From the NCBI RefSeq assembly GCF_006345805.1, contig NC_043006.1:59458001-59522000 (forward strand): DNA of 64,000 nucleotides. Direction: 5' to 3'. Below are positions 12,656-25,498 of this stretch, in pieces. Both the position numbers and the translations under genes were made by a program. Source of the DNA: Octopus sinensis (lineage: Eukaryota). Under the pieces are notes generated by a model. It did not search any database. It was given only the letters and a program-made list of their open reading frames with translations, and was not told where the DNA came from. The first letter of the stretch is position 1, and each line of letters begins with the position of its first letter.

Positions 12656-13599
12656 CTTTATATGTATATGTATATATGTATATATGTATATGTATATATG
12701 TATATATGTATTTGTATATATACAAATATATTGGGAAAGCTAAGTGTTGAACTTCCGAACAACATTGTCGCTTTGAGTGCAAAAATGTGCAGTCAGTGAC
12801 TGGCAGTGCGAGAATGAGTTAGCACTCGTGAGCGTGAGGGCGTATACACGAGTGTAGGGACACGTATCAAAACTTACTGTAAAATAAGCTCAAGGGAGCG
12901 AGTGAGTGTATTCCCAATCCTTAATATATCATACATTTTTCAATCAGGAGTGCATTCGTTGGGAGGTTGCTGTGATAGCAAGAAGCGACAAATGTGGCAT
13001 GCTGGCGTGTTATGCGAGACAAGTAACCTTCTCTATTAATTACGTGACTAAACAGGGGTCTAACAGAGAGAAGTTATGTCTAACAATGGCGCAGAGAACA
13101 TGTGAACATCCGACGTGCATCGAGTCGAGAAAAGGAGCTGTTTGGGCACAGACATGTTGAAAGTAAGGCAGTTGAGGCAAAATATCCTGACGTATATGTG
13201 CAAATGCGTGCGCAAGGTCAGGCGCCGAAGAGAGGTGCATGCGTGTGTGTAACAAAACAGACATTTCCAAGGTGAACGAAAAAAGTACATGCAAAATGCA
13301 ACATGCAACAATGTGACTGAAAGAAAGTGCAAGTGCAAAATGTGAATGAAAATAGGAAAGCATGCAAAGAAACGTTCAGTTCATAAATAAATGCTCAGTC
13401 TATTACAGTCTGATAGAATGCAAGTAGAATCAATTGTAATTTAACATAACAATGAGGAAATCGAATTAGGACAATGTAAGTGTTGAAGGTATAGTCCCTG
13501 AGAAGTTCATTGGAAAAAAAAAATAAAAGTCTTGTAGGTGTTCGTGTAGAAATTAATGCATTGGTGCCCGTAAATCACTCAAGCGGAATTCTGTTTTGA

Positions 13600-15100
13600 A
13601 ATAGAGTACGTGTACGTATTTCGCCGGCCAGCGGAATCTTCGCCCGCTTCTTGTACGTGTTTGTTGTGAAGACGTTGAGGTACTTGTGGGAGGTTTTGAC
13701 GAAGTCGTGTCGGTTCGGTGAGGAGCCGACAATGACGATGCGGATTCGGGTTCGACGATAGCTGTCTTAAGGCGATCAATACTGATTCTATTTTGCTTGC
13801 CATTTCTGTCGTCGACAAAGTAAATCTCCTTTCTCCGTTGTACCCTGTAGGGGCCTGAATACGGCGAACGCATTTGTGATGGTATTCCATCGTTCCGGAC
13901 AACAAAAAAAACGTGTGTCCATTGGTTAATGTCCGAGGAGACGTATGTGTCGGTGATCAGCGACATAGATGTTGCGCGGAGACGATGTACATATGTTGTG
14001 TGGAGGCACAATGGCCCAGTGGTTAGGGCAGCGGACTCGCGGTCATAGGATCGCGGTTTCGATTCCCAGACCGGGCGTTGTGAGTGTTTATTGAGCGAAA
14101 ACACCTAAAAAGCTCTACGACGCTCCAGCAGGGGATGGTGGTGATCCCTGCTGTACTCTTTCACCACAACTTTCTCTCACTCTTACTTCCTGTTTCTGTT
14201 GTACCTGTATTTCAAGGGGCCGGCCTTGTCACTCTCTGTGTCACGCTGAATATCCCCGAGAACTACGTTAAGTGTGCACGTGTCTGTGGAGTGCTCAGCC
14301 ACTTACACGTTAATTTCACGAGCAGGCTGTTCCGTTGATTCGGATCAACCGGAACCCTCATCGTCGTAACCGACGGAGTGCTTCCAACATATGTTGTGGG
14401 ATCAGGAATATCCGTGGAGAAACTGGAGAACATCTGCCCAGTGTGGTGCTGTAAACTACCTCTACCGGTGAGTGACTGATATCATCCTTGATAGATACAC
14501 GGATACCGAGCAGAATAAGCGGAAGGAATTCCATCCAATTGATTATGTCAGGACATGCACGTATGGCTGATTTTAGCTGCCTGTGGAACTTCTCCATCGT
14601 GCCGTTTCCTGCTGAATGGTACGCCGTTTTGCGGCAGTGTTTGGAGCCGATAAGGCGCGTGAGTTCGCTGAAAAGATGCGAATCGAATTGCCGTCCTCTG
14701 TCTGTCGTGATGGTTGCAGGGACACCAATACGCGATACCAAGTGTGATATCAAAGCTTTAACGGACGGTCTCTACTAAAGACTCGGACAGAGGGAAGCTT
14801 CGGGCCATCAGGAAAGACAGTCGATGCAGGTCAGCGGGTGCGTATGTTTGTGGGGCGGAGGTAGGATTCCAACTATATCTATGTGAATGTGCTGAAAACG
14901 TGCGTCCGGTGTTGTGAAAGTGCCGAGCGGTGATTTTACATGTCGATGGATTTTCGCCTTTTGACAAGCGACGCAACCCAAGTGCGGATGTCCTTGTTTA
15001 TGTTCGTCTACACAAAACGAGTTAATATCATCTTCTGCGTGGAACGAGTGCCGGGGTGTGATAGGCAGTGACAGGCAGTGAAAATACGTCGCCACTGGTC
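13600..15100 (-). pseudogene. Gypsy integrase remnants
   Basis: CVACQKAKIHRH, HIHIDIVG, ITTDRGRQF, MEKFHRQLK, SPYSGPYRV, ISIDRLK, RTRSGRRFRWPAKY. Confidence 0.9.
14001..14386 (+). mobile_element. SINE A (tail Y), full length, inserted in integrase
   Basis: 12-bp TSD ACATATGTTGTG at 13989-14000 and 14387-14398. Confidence 0.95.
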
Positions 15101-15245
15101 ACGAACGCCCTTACGCGTTCGTGACCAGTGGCTGTATCGCACCATATATGACCGGTAGAAGAAGATAGTGGAAACAATTAGAGCTTGAGGAACGATGAAC
15201 TTCGGAGCTTATGACGCTCTTTGCCGTTTTCTTGATCCACCGCGA

Positions 15246-16950
15246 TCAGCTGAAGATCAATAGTCTCTGGGGCGTGCAAGGCATTAAGATGGATGCGTGA
15301 AAGCGCGTCTGCTGCTGTGTTGTCAGACCTTTGATATGCCGAATATCTGTAGAATATTGGGTGATGAAGTCGAGGTGACAGATTTCTCGCGGAGAATGGC
15401 GACCAGGTTTTGTTTTGAAGGTGTATTCGAGCGGTTTATGGCTCGTATAGATACTGAAAACGGACCCCTCCAACATATGACGGAAGTGCTTAACGCAGCC
15501 AAGAGCTCACGCCCAAAAGTACTGTTTTTAGCCTCTATGTGCTGAAATCGTTTGGAGAAGAAGGATAATGGTTGCCAAATACTATCCATCAACTGCTGAA
15601 GAACACCACTGACTCCGGACGGGGACGCGTCAACCAGTAAAGTGAGAGGAGCACCAGGTTTGAGGTAAGCCAGTATCACGGCCTTAGCTAGCATGTCGTT
15701 TAGTTTATTGAAGGCGGCCAGCACTGCGTCGCCTAACGTTATAGCTTGTCTCATCGTTTTGTTGCGCAGAACATCTGTAAACGGCTGAGCTACTTCGGCG
15801 CAGTGTGGAAGGAAACACCGGTAAAAGTTAATCAATCCTCAAAATTCGTGCAGTTTCCGGAGGGATGTAGGGATAGGGAAATTGACTATTGCCTCCACTT
15901 TTTCGGATAGGGGACGAATTCAGTCCTCATCGACAATATGGCCGAGGAATGGAAGAGACGAAACACCGAAAATACGATTACTGTTGTTGATTACAATGCC
16001 ATACTCAGTTAACCGCAGGAAAAGTTGACGTAAATGTACCTCATATTCAGTTTCAGACTTACTCGCTACCAGCATATCGCCGATGTCGTGGTACTCCGTC
16101 GGTTATGACGACGAGCGTTCCAGCTGATCCGATCAACGGAACAGCCTGCTCGCGAAATTAACGTGCAAGTGGCTGAGAATTCCACAGACACGTGTACCCT
16201 TAACGAAGTTCTTGAGGAGATTCATCGTGACACAGAGTGTGACAAGGCTGGACCATTGAAATATAGGTACAACAGAAACAGGAAGAAAAAGTGAGAGAAA
16301 GTTGTGGTGAAAGAGTACAGCAGGGTTCTCCCCCCACCCCTGCTGAAGCCTCGTGGAACTTTAGGTGTTTTCGCTCAATTAACACTCACAACACCCGGTC
16401 TAGAGATCGAAACCGCGATCCTATGACCGCGAGTCCGCTGCCCTAACCATTGGGCCATTACGCCTCCACAATCTGATTGTAGGCCTGCACTAGATCGATT
16501 TTGGAGAAAATCCGTACTCCACTCAGCGAGCTGGAAAAATCGTAGGGTGTGGTATGGGGTAGGTGTCGGGTACTGTAGCGTTGTTGAGGGCTCCGCAGTC
16601 TCTGCAAGGTCGCCAACCGTTCGTTTCTTTCTTGGGTATCAAATGGAATGGAGTGGACCAATTGCTGCTGGATGATTGAATGATCCCCAGGTCTAACATA
16701 TGTTGGAATTATTGTTTAGCGACTCGCAAGCGGTCAGGAGACAGTCTTCGCGATCGCGAGGCAACAGGTGGGCCGATAGTTTTAATATGGTGCGTAACCC
16801 CGCGTTTGACGTTCTTGTTTTGGAACAGTGGTCGGGTGATGTCCAGGAATTGGCGGAGGATCGCTTTGTATCGGCTCGGTTTTGAACGTAACATGACAGG
16901 GACCACTGTGGACATACGTGCGGTTATACCTATTTCTTTACTACCCACAA
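15246..16950 (-). pseudogene. Gypsy RT and RNase H remnants
   Basis: VTHHIKTIGPPV, FSKIDLVQAYNQI, IGDMLVAS (YIDD site), FLGHIV, INFYRCF, LLVDAS..GVLQQ, STFGRELLA. Confidence 0.9.
16088..16469 (-). mobile_element. SINE A (tail Y) inserted in RT without a TSD
   Basis: Full head and tail on minus; the two flanks are non-adjacent parts of the RT. Confidence 0.9.
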
Positions 16951-17170
16951 GGGGCTAAACACAGAGAGGAGAAACAAGGACAGACAAACGGATTAAGTCG
17001 ATTATATCGACCCCAGTGCGTAACTGGTACTTATTTAATCAACCCCGAAAGGATGAAAGGCAAAGTCGACCTCGGCGGAATTTGAACTCAGAACGCAGCG
17101 GCGGACGAAATACGGCTACGCATTTCGCCCGGCGTGCTAACGTTTCTGCCAGCCCGCCGCTGGCAGAAAC
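16931..17170 (-). mobile_element. SINE B (tail 1) inserted between protease and RT
   Basis: 8-bp TSD GTTATACC at 16923-16930 and 17171-17178; fold-back at its 5' end. Confidence 0.92.
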
Positions 17171-17204
17171 GTTATACCACGCGGTTAGTCTTAGTATCGA
17201 GGGG

Positions 17205-17862
17205 TCAGTCTCGCTTGACGTAGACCAGAAGGCCGAAGTGATGCAAAATCTCAGCGCCTATAATTGGAGTGGGTAATTTAGCAAAGACGAAAATCCAACG
17301 GAAAGTACGACGAAAGCCAAAATTTAACGTGAGGGACTGCTCACCAAAAGTCTGGATGGACGATTGATAATTAATAATAGTCTGAAGGAAGGTTAGCGTT
17401 TGTTTTCTGTAACCTGAGGTTAATGAGACGAGGATAATGCTAACTTCAGCACTAGTGTCTGCGAGGAAACGTGTACTTGTTGTACGGTCGTTGATGAAGT
17501 AAAGACGACTTTGTTTACCTGCACCAGGAGTATTCGTCGCCCCTATTTTCGTTTCCCGGACTGGCAGGGGTATGTATTTTGAACGGACAGGGTGGCTTGC
17601 AGGAACGCGCATGTTTGCCGTATCTATAGCGGAACAAGCAAAACCGAGGAGATCGGGGAGTGACGCTAGGGCTCCTCGAAGGTCTTCTATTAAAATTCCG
17701 GGGTTGGTTATAGTTGTGTGGTGAGCAGGTGCGACATGTCAGCCCTTGCAATTGCACCGCAAGGTTTTCTATTTGCGTGGCCTGTTGCGTCACTAGCGCG
17801 CGTAGCTCTAGCAGTTCGGAGGAATCCGGGGAAACAGCAAAAGGATTAGTAGAAGATATCAT
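17205..17862 (-). pseudogene. Gypsy gag C-terminus and aspartic protease
   Basis: CLFRYRYGKHARSCKPPC knuckle; RFLADTSAEVSII (D-T-G-like site); PIIGAEILHHFGL. Confidence 0.85.
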
Positions 17863-18330
17863 CCGTCGAAATAGTTGCAGCGGAGTTTACCACCCAACTC
17901 TTCGGAAATTAAAAGTTGGTGCAGTCACCGCTACTCAGAGTTGGAGGCCCTCTTTATGAGTTCTCTTTTAAAAGTGTTGTAAGACATGGAACCTGGTGGG
18001 AGCCATTATCAAATCCCTGATCTCCATCTTAAATTCCGGGGAAAGGGCGCCGATCAAGTGTGTTAACTTTGCTGCATCGCTCACTGTTCAGTTCGAAGCG
18101 AATTATGCCTCGATGTAAGCGAACCAGAGGGCCGGATCGAATGACCAGAAAGGTGGTACCTTGAGTGTAATCGCTGCTTGGGTCAGTGCCATGTCTACAG
18201 AAGAAGATGCAGAAACGTCTTGCTCTGGAAAGTGCATATATATGATGAAAAAGAAGGCAGTACCTCTTTGCAGTCGGAGTCAGCAAAATGTAGTGGCTAA
18301 TGTATAATCGGAAAGCAGTAATTCGTTTTA

Positions 18331-18343
18331 GTCGGGATCACCA
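18331..18343 (-). promoter_or_regulatory. Primer-binding site of the gypsy element
   Basis: Minus reads ...GTTACA AT TGGTGATCCCGAC, i.e. an LTR-like ACA end followed by a TGG-start PBS. Confidence 0.75.
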
Positions 18344-18848
18344 ATTGTAACGATTCTGTTATGTACATGATGTTCATGATTTTGCTGAAGGTATATAGCG
18401 CAGTGTCTATGTTGGGGGTTTTGCTATTGATGAATTCTGGGAATTTTACAGTGATTTTTTAAGATGAATTTAGCTTCGTTAAGCTGCAATGATGTAAAGA
18501 TAGGTTAAGTAGTCGAATAAGAGTTATGGGACTAATTGTAAAATGATTGTTATAGATTGTTGCCTGGTAATGCCGAAGGAAGTATTATGGTTACCATAGT
18601 CAGTTTTGTGGACATATTGGTGTTATGTGGGCGTATTAGCAGTATTTTCTCTATAGAAGTATATTCTAAAGAGCTTTTTGAGGATGCTGTTGAGTTTATA
18701 ACCTATTGGAATGCTTAGTAAGGAAAGGATGGGAAACAAAGATAGGTTTATAATTTTAATGTGTTCCGTCATCTTTATTTTGTGCTGTTTCTCACTGTAA
18801 ATGATAAAGACTTAACTGTATTATCTACATCCTAGAAACAGGATATAT

Positions 18849-18938
<90 letters not shown>

Positions 18939-19135
18939 AGATAAGAAAATGGAGAAATACATCTAAATCAAATATCAATTATCAGATAATACTCAATCAC
19001 ATACTTTATTAAACCACCACATAAGGAACACATTAAAATTATAAACCTATCTTTGTTTCCCACGCCCTGATACCGTCGGTATCTACATATCAAATTTGAG
19101 CGCAATCGGATGGAGGATGCCCGAGATCCTAGAAG

Positions 19136-19167
<32 letters not shown>

Positions 19168-19659
19168 CGGACTTTATATCATAGATTTAAGGCTCAGCCT
19201 TGTTTGACCATCCTTAAGAAATAACAACTTTGGACTGCTAACAAAATATTTTACCAATATCACTTTACACCAACCCTAAATTGCATCTTCCATATAATAG
19301 CTAGTCACTACATAGAGCACTTTATATTACATGCTGCGCACAGACGACCTGCGAAGAAAAGAAAGAAAGAAATATTCTAAAATGAAAGGCAATTTGGACA
19401 AAGAGGTACACAGTTTGTCTACATGTATAGTCACCTCCACTGCAGCTATATAATAACTAATCCATGTCAGAAAATACAAGTAGAGACTTGCTACTCAATC
19501 ACAACATACACACACACACACACTCTCACTCACACATTCGCACATACACATATAACACCTGTATCACACACATACACACACACACTTTTTTACACTACAC
19601 ACTCATAACTACTTCTAAATATATATACTCAAGAGTATATATATTTATTTTTTTATTGA

Positions 19660-20424
19660 CCACAGGGGGCTAAACATAGAGGGACAAACAAGGACAGGCA
19701 AACGGATTAAGTCGAATATATGGACTCCAGTGTGTAACTGGTACTTAATTTATCGACCCCGAAAGGATGAAAGGCAAAGTTGACCTCGGCGGAATTTGAA
19801 TTCAGAACGTAACGGCAGACGAAATACCTACTTCTTTACTACCCACAAGGGGCTAAACACAGAAGGGACAAACAAGGACAGACAAAGTGATTAAGTCGAT
19901 TATATCGACCCAGTACGCAACTGGTACTTAATATATCGACGCCGAAAGGATGAACGCAAAGTCGACCTCGGCGGAATTTGAACGCAGAGCGTAAAGATAG
20001 ACGAAATACCTATTTCTTTACTACCCACAAGTGGTTAAACACAGAGGGGACAAACAAGGACAGACAAACAGATTAAGTCGATTACATCGACCCCAGTGCA
20101 TGACTGGTCCTTAATTTATCGACGCCGAAAGGATGAAAGGCAAAGTCGACCTCGGCGGAATTTGAACTCAGAACGTAACGGCAGACGAAATACCTATTTC
20201 TTTACTACCCACAAGAGGTTAAACACAGAGAGGACAAACAAGGGCAGACAAACGGATTAAGTCGATTACATCGACCCTAGTGCGTAACTGGTACTTACTT
20301 AATCGACCCCGAAAGGATGAAAGGCAAAGTCGACCTCGGTGGAATTTGAACTCAGAACGTAACGGCAGACGAAATACCGCTAAGCATTTCGCCCGGCGTG
20401 CTAACGCTTCTCCCAGTTCACCGC
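19660..20424 (-). mobile_element. SINE B tandem array: one head plus four bodies
   Basis: Junctions at about 19828, 20010 and 20194; single head at 20380-20424. Confidence 0.9.
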
Positions 20425-20619
20425 GTTTGGATATCATCGACTCCAGTGCTTGACTGCTACAGTATTTTTTCGTACCTGGGAGATGTCGGGTGGGGAGATT
20501 AACGACTGGGTGATGATTTCTAGCTGAGACCGTAAATAATCGGAAGAAATGTAGCGAGGCTTTTTCAAACTCTAATGATTCTGTGAGCTAGCAGCCTCAC
20601 ATCATGCACTGTTACTGCA

Positions 20620-20809
20620 CACACACACACACACTCACACACACACGAACTGCACAATATATGCACCAACACCGCATCCAAATGCTAAATCTGTTGACAA
20701 AGGACCACATGGTAGCGCAGTGTGATCGTTAGACCTTCATCATAGTTACATTCAGTTGTGTGACCTGTGCCAAAAAAGTTACATACACACACACGAACAT
20801 TCATACACG

Positions 20810-20848
<39 letters not shown>

Positions 20849-21510
20849 ACATACAACAATATAGACATATACTATCACACACACACATGCACACTAATAC
20901 ACTACATACATATAGAAACATCACACATACACAAACACACATATTTGTACCATAAACATATACACTCTACCATCACAGAGGCACTAATAATGCAAACACA
21001 TACACATACACGAAACACACACACACACACACACACACATGCACAAACACACATACACAGATCCTACAATTACTAACTCCACATGCCATCACTAGACGAA
21101 ATACATATACAACATACACAAAGATACACATACAAACACGCACACAAACACACACACACACACGCACACACGCACGCACGCACGCAAGCGCATACATATA
21201 CACACGCACACGCGTATACACATACTCAGACACACAGTCGCTAAACAACGCACATACACATCCTCACATCATTCATACACACGGTCATTCTCGCAGGAAC
21301 ACATACAAAGCAAATACGTACGCACTATGATAACATTATAACATACACACACACACACACACACACATTAAATCCACACATATTCACTAATAACATAGAC
21401 ATGCACACATAAAATCACCATACACACACTACAAACACAGACACGCATACAGATGTCATACGTGTACACTAAAACTACACGTATACTCTTAACATCACAC
21501 ACACATACAC
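20620..21510. repeat. Degenerate CA-rich low-complexity tract
   Basis: Interrupted (CA)n/(TACA)n. Confidence 0.85.
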
Positions 21511-21911
21511 AAAGTGAGGTAAGCGAGTAGCAGTATTAAGGTTTGTGAACAACTCCCGCGGAATAAAAAGCAGTTAAGCCTGTTTCAGTTTATCATTTAT
21601 TTATTTATTTATATACATATAGATTTATGCAATTACTGTGTTTGGGTTATTGAAAAAAAAAAACAATTTATCTATAACAACGGTTTCCTTCAAAGTCAAT
21701 TTGGATTAAGCAGCAATGAACAATGTTCCTGATATTGCTTGAAAACCAACTGTTCAAGCTGTTATCAAAAAACCTGTTATAATCTGTATTGACCGCAGTT
21801 GTGTGATTTCAATAGCAACTATTGTAATTATGTTGATTAATTTAAATAGAGTAGCAAAACATTACTGCAATTAATGAAGTACAGGAAAATACACCAAACC
21901 AAGTCATAGAG

Positions 21912-22035
21912 GCGCTGATGTGGCTGTGTGGTAAGAAACTTGCTTCGTAGCCACATGGTTCCGGGTCCAGTCCCTCTGCCTCGGACTAACCAAAGTGCTA
22001 TGAGTGGATTTGGTAGACGGAAACTCAAAGAAGTC
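21912..22035 (+). mobile_element. SINE C 5' fragment
   Basis: TGTGGCTGTGTGGTAAGAAACTTGCTTC...GGATTTGGTAGACGGAAACT. Confidence 0.75.
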
Positions 22036-22049
22036 TGTCGTGCACATAT

Positions 22050-22380
22050 AAAAGGGTAAAGGCCCTCTTCGGTCATGAATGACCATGGGACTAAACCTAG
22101 CAAGTTCTTCTCCCAGGCACAAGTCTGGGCAAGGTTGTTTATGGAAGACTAGCAGTCGCCCATACATACCGGCCCACCCTCTCCACGCCACCAGTGTTAT
22201 CCAAGTGAAAGGCAAAGGCACCTGTGATGTCGCAGTTTATTTCCACAGCTGAGTGAACTGAAGCAACGTGAAATAAAAAGCCTTGCTGAAGAACACAACA
22301 CACAATCCGGTCCGGGAATCGAACTCACTTCCTCATGATTGTAAGCCCGACCATCTAACCACTGAGCCATGTGCCTTCAC
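22050..22380 (-). mobile_element. CORE-type SINE family D (head GTGAAGGCACATGGCTCAGTGG)
   Basis: A box, B box GAGTTCGATTCCC, core TTTCACGTTGCTTCAGTTCACTCAGCTG shared with 33988 and 54540. Confidence 0.8.
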
Positions 22381-22417
22381 ACACACACACACACAGACAC
22401 ACACAAACACACACACA

Positions 22418-22473
<56 letters not shown>

Positions 22474-22966
22474 ATTTCTACGACCAATAAGGCTCGTAGA
22501 ATCATGAAGGTGCATATGCAGTTGATTTTTGAATGTTTCTAAATGTTGTGGTTCGTGTATTTTCCTGATGAAAACATTTTTTTTTCTAATGACATAATGT
22601 CTCCATTATCAATCATAAATTCGTTGGAAACAACTGTAGTGAATTGACACATTATTCATCTATTGTTGTTTGTTTATCTAATAATTCACCTCTCTTGGCA
22701 CATGTCCCCCACGTGATCCGAAGTATATTATGGACCGTAAATTTAATACAATGTGATATACTCAGTCGGGTACAACGTGACATACTCAGCTAGTGACATA
22801 CTCAGTCGGATTGAATTAATCGTATACAAAACCTTTCTGTCTCTAGTTTGGTAGCCGCGTATGTATTCGTCTATCTTGGTTGAGTATGCATTTTAAGTCT
22901 GACCCGACCCGGTGCCTCACCATTTAAAAGCCTGGTTCACTTGAATCCTATTTTTTTGTTATATAT

Positions 22967-22969
<3 letters not shown>

Positions 22970-23005
<36 letters not shown>

Positions 23006-23225
23006 CTTTGTATCTGGATTTGCCCCCCTCCCCACAGCCTGACAACCGGTGTTGGTGTGTTTACATCCCCATAAACTTGCGGTTCGGCAAAAACACTGAT
23101 TGAATAAGTACCAAGCTTTTAAAAAAATAAGTACTGGAGCCGATACATTCGACTAAAAATTCTTTCAAGCAGGGCCCAGCGTGGCCGCAGTCTAATGATT
23201 GAAACAAGTAAGAGATAAAAAGATA
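22970..23225 (+). mobile_element. SINE C 3' half
   Basis: (GT)n followed by the tail sequence seen at 10560-10775. Confidence 0.75.
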
Positions 23226-23299
23226 TATAAATGTAAATATATACATACACACATATCTATCTACCTAGCTAGCTAGCTAGTTAGTTAGTTAGTTAGTTA

Positions 23300-23570
23300 A
23301 TTTGGCTCAAAAGCAAATAGCAAGGCCATGTAGGGGGACATGGAGTTAAGTACAGGGTGGTGTTCATGTAAAGAGTTCAGGCCACTTGAGGTCAAGGGAG
23401 ACTTTGAACAAAGCGGTCGTCGGCATCTTCACCATCTCGTCTGGCAGCTTGTTCCACGGATCCGCAACCCGGACGGAGAAAGCTCCTCTCCTTCGATTGA
23501 GATGAATTCGTCGCAAATAGAGCTTTACGGAATCACCCCGCAGCCGACGCTCTGGAGCAGGAGTGAAGAA
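23300..23570 (-). pseudogene. CR1-type LINE 3' end
   Basis: Minus frame RLRGDSVKLYLRRIHLNRRRGAFSVRVADPWNKLPDEMV, the typical CR1/L2 ORF2 C-terminus. Confidence 0.75.
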
Positions 23571-23912
23571 AAGGGAAATAACTATAAAGCATTTTTAGAG
23601 AGTTATAGCCAAAAAATAGCAAAAAAATGGAAAAAAATGATGGGAAATTTTTTTTTTAGTTAAAAAAGGTGGAGTTGCGTCCCCTAGACAATTTGCGGTT
23701 TGTGTTTCTGATTCTCGACCCCATGTCGAATTTATCGATTTTTTTCAGAACTGGGGGAACTTTTCAAAATTTTTGCTGCGTTATTTTTGAATTATGACAT
23801 TGGGCTATGTGTGTGTCAAGTTTCATCAGAATCGGTTGAAAGCCGTGGTCAGGGTGAGGGTACGAGCAAACAGACACACAGAAAACGCACAGACAAACTG
23901 CCGTTTATATAT

Positions 23913-23915
<3 letters not shown>
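23570..23915 (-). mobile_element. Non-autonomous Helitron-related fragment
   Basis: Shares AAGGGAAATAACTATA..TTTAGAGAGTTATAGCCAAAA with 4112 and 45043; 5' end ATCTATATATAAAC. Confidence 0.6.
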
Positions 23916-23957
<42 letters not shown>

Positions 23958-24224
23958 CTCTCATGTAGATTTCGACGTATAAAGGTCCAACAGCCCGATG
24001 TAGGACGAAGGCTTGTACAAGACCAATCACACTTTTTGGAAAAGTTGATAACAAAATGTTGGTACAATTGTGTCCCAACTCAATAAACAATGCACCCCAG
24101 GCTTACTCCATTTCCTGGTTATGATTTATTTGGCTGAAAACCCAACCCACCCCTGGCATGATAATTGTGTACCTAGGGCCTAAACCAGATATCACTAAGT
24201 CCCAATGATTTTACATATAATATA

Positions 24225-25498
24225 TTAGGTTGGCAACTAAGTTCCCGCTGTTTTTTTTAAATTTAAATTTTGTAAAAGGTTTAATAAAAAAATAACTAAT
24301 TAATCAATAATGTATTCACCCTTCTTGTTTACAACTTCTTCCCAACTTTCAACGTTGGTAGAAATCACCCGATTTCGACTCGAAAAATTGATCCAACCAA
24401 GCTCTCAATTCTGCATCAGTATTGAACGAAACAGTGCATAGCATTTGAAAGAGATCAAAAGAGGTGGAAATCCGTTGGTGCCAAATTAGGAGAGTACTGC
24501 GGGTGTGGCAGCCCTTCCCAGCCATGCGTTTGAATGGCTTCCTTGGTCATATGGCGATATGAGGGCGGGTGGGGTGTTGTCGTGCAGTAGAAGAACTCCA
24601 TTCTGCCGATTAGGTCTTTTTCTCTTGAATAGCCGTGTTGAGTCGTTCCATCTGTTAAACATAGAGTTCCGCGTTGACTGTTTGGTTCCGTTCAGGCAAT
24701 TCGTAATGGAGAATTCCTTCCCAGTCCTACCATACACACATCATCGTTTTTACGCAGTTGAAAATCTTGTTTCACACGCGGTGTCGCTTGTTTACCGGGG
24801 CTAAGCCATTCCTTACGCTGCTTCATATTGATGTACAGGCACCATTTTTCGCCACCAGTAACGATTCGGTAAAGAAATCGTTGCTTGTGTCCATAAGTTG
24901 AGTAGTGACGAACAAGCAAACCAGCGGAGATTGTGGCTCGCTGGTTTTTGTTGTTGTCAGTTAAAGCATGCGGAACTCATGCTCCATACTTTTGAACCTT
25001 TCTCATCGAGTGAAGATGCTTCTCTATAGTAGTGTGGGAGCATTCCATCTTCTCTGCTAGTTCCTTTGTCGTTTGACGAGAATTTTCGTGCAAAATTTGG
25101 TTTAATTGCTCTTCATCGAACTCAGCTGGATGGCCGAACGGAATGCATCTTTGAGGTCAAAATTTCCATTTTGGAACTTGGCATACCAATCACGTGCGGT
25201 TCTTTCAGCTATGGCACCCTCTCCATACACAGCACAAGTGTCGCGAGCAGCTTTTGCGGTCATAGAACCTTGATTAAAAGCAAAAAGGAGGTGTCGAAAA
25301 TGCTCATTTTTCTTAACTTGACATGCCATTTTGATGATCTGAAAATAAACAAAAATTAACTAAAATTAACTAGAAAAGAAACAAAATAGATTCAAAAATG
25401 ATTCAAAATAGGATTCTCGAAAAAAATAGATTCCAAAATTTAAAACGCAATAGATTCCAAAATTTCAAAAAACTGCGGGAACTTAGTTGCCAACCCAA
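24225..25498 (-). mobile_element. Mariner transposon, full length, inactive
   Basis: TIRs TT(A/G)GGTTGGCAACTAAGTTCCCGC at both ends, TA TSD; fragments MACQVKKNEHFRH.., RIVTGGEKW, LLLHDN; frameshifts. Confidence 0.93.

Larger units (their letters stand above)
13575..18343 (-). mobile_element. Ty3/gypsy LTR retrotransposon, internal region, decayed
   Basis: Domain order gag-PR-RT-RH-IN on minus with many frameshifts; PBS next to the ACA end of a presumed 5' LTR; three SINE insertions. Confidence 0.92.

Noticed and set aside
14001-14075. SINE heads as tRNA genes
   Set aside because: A and B boxes are present but there is no complete cloverleaf or acceptor stem, and they are always followed by a SINE body.
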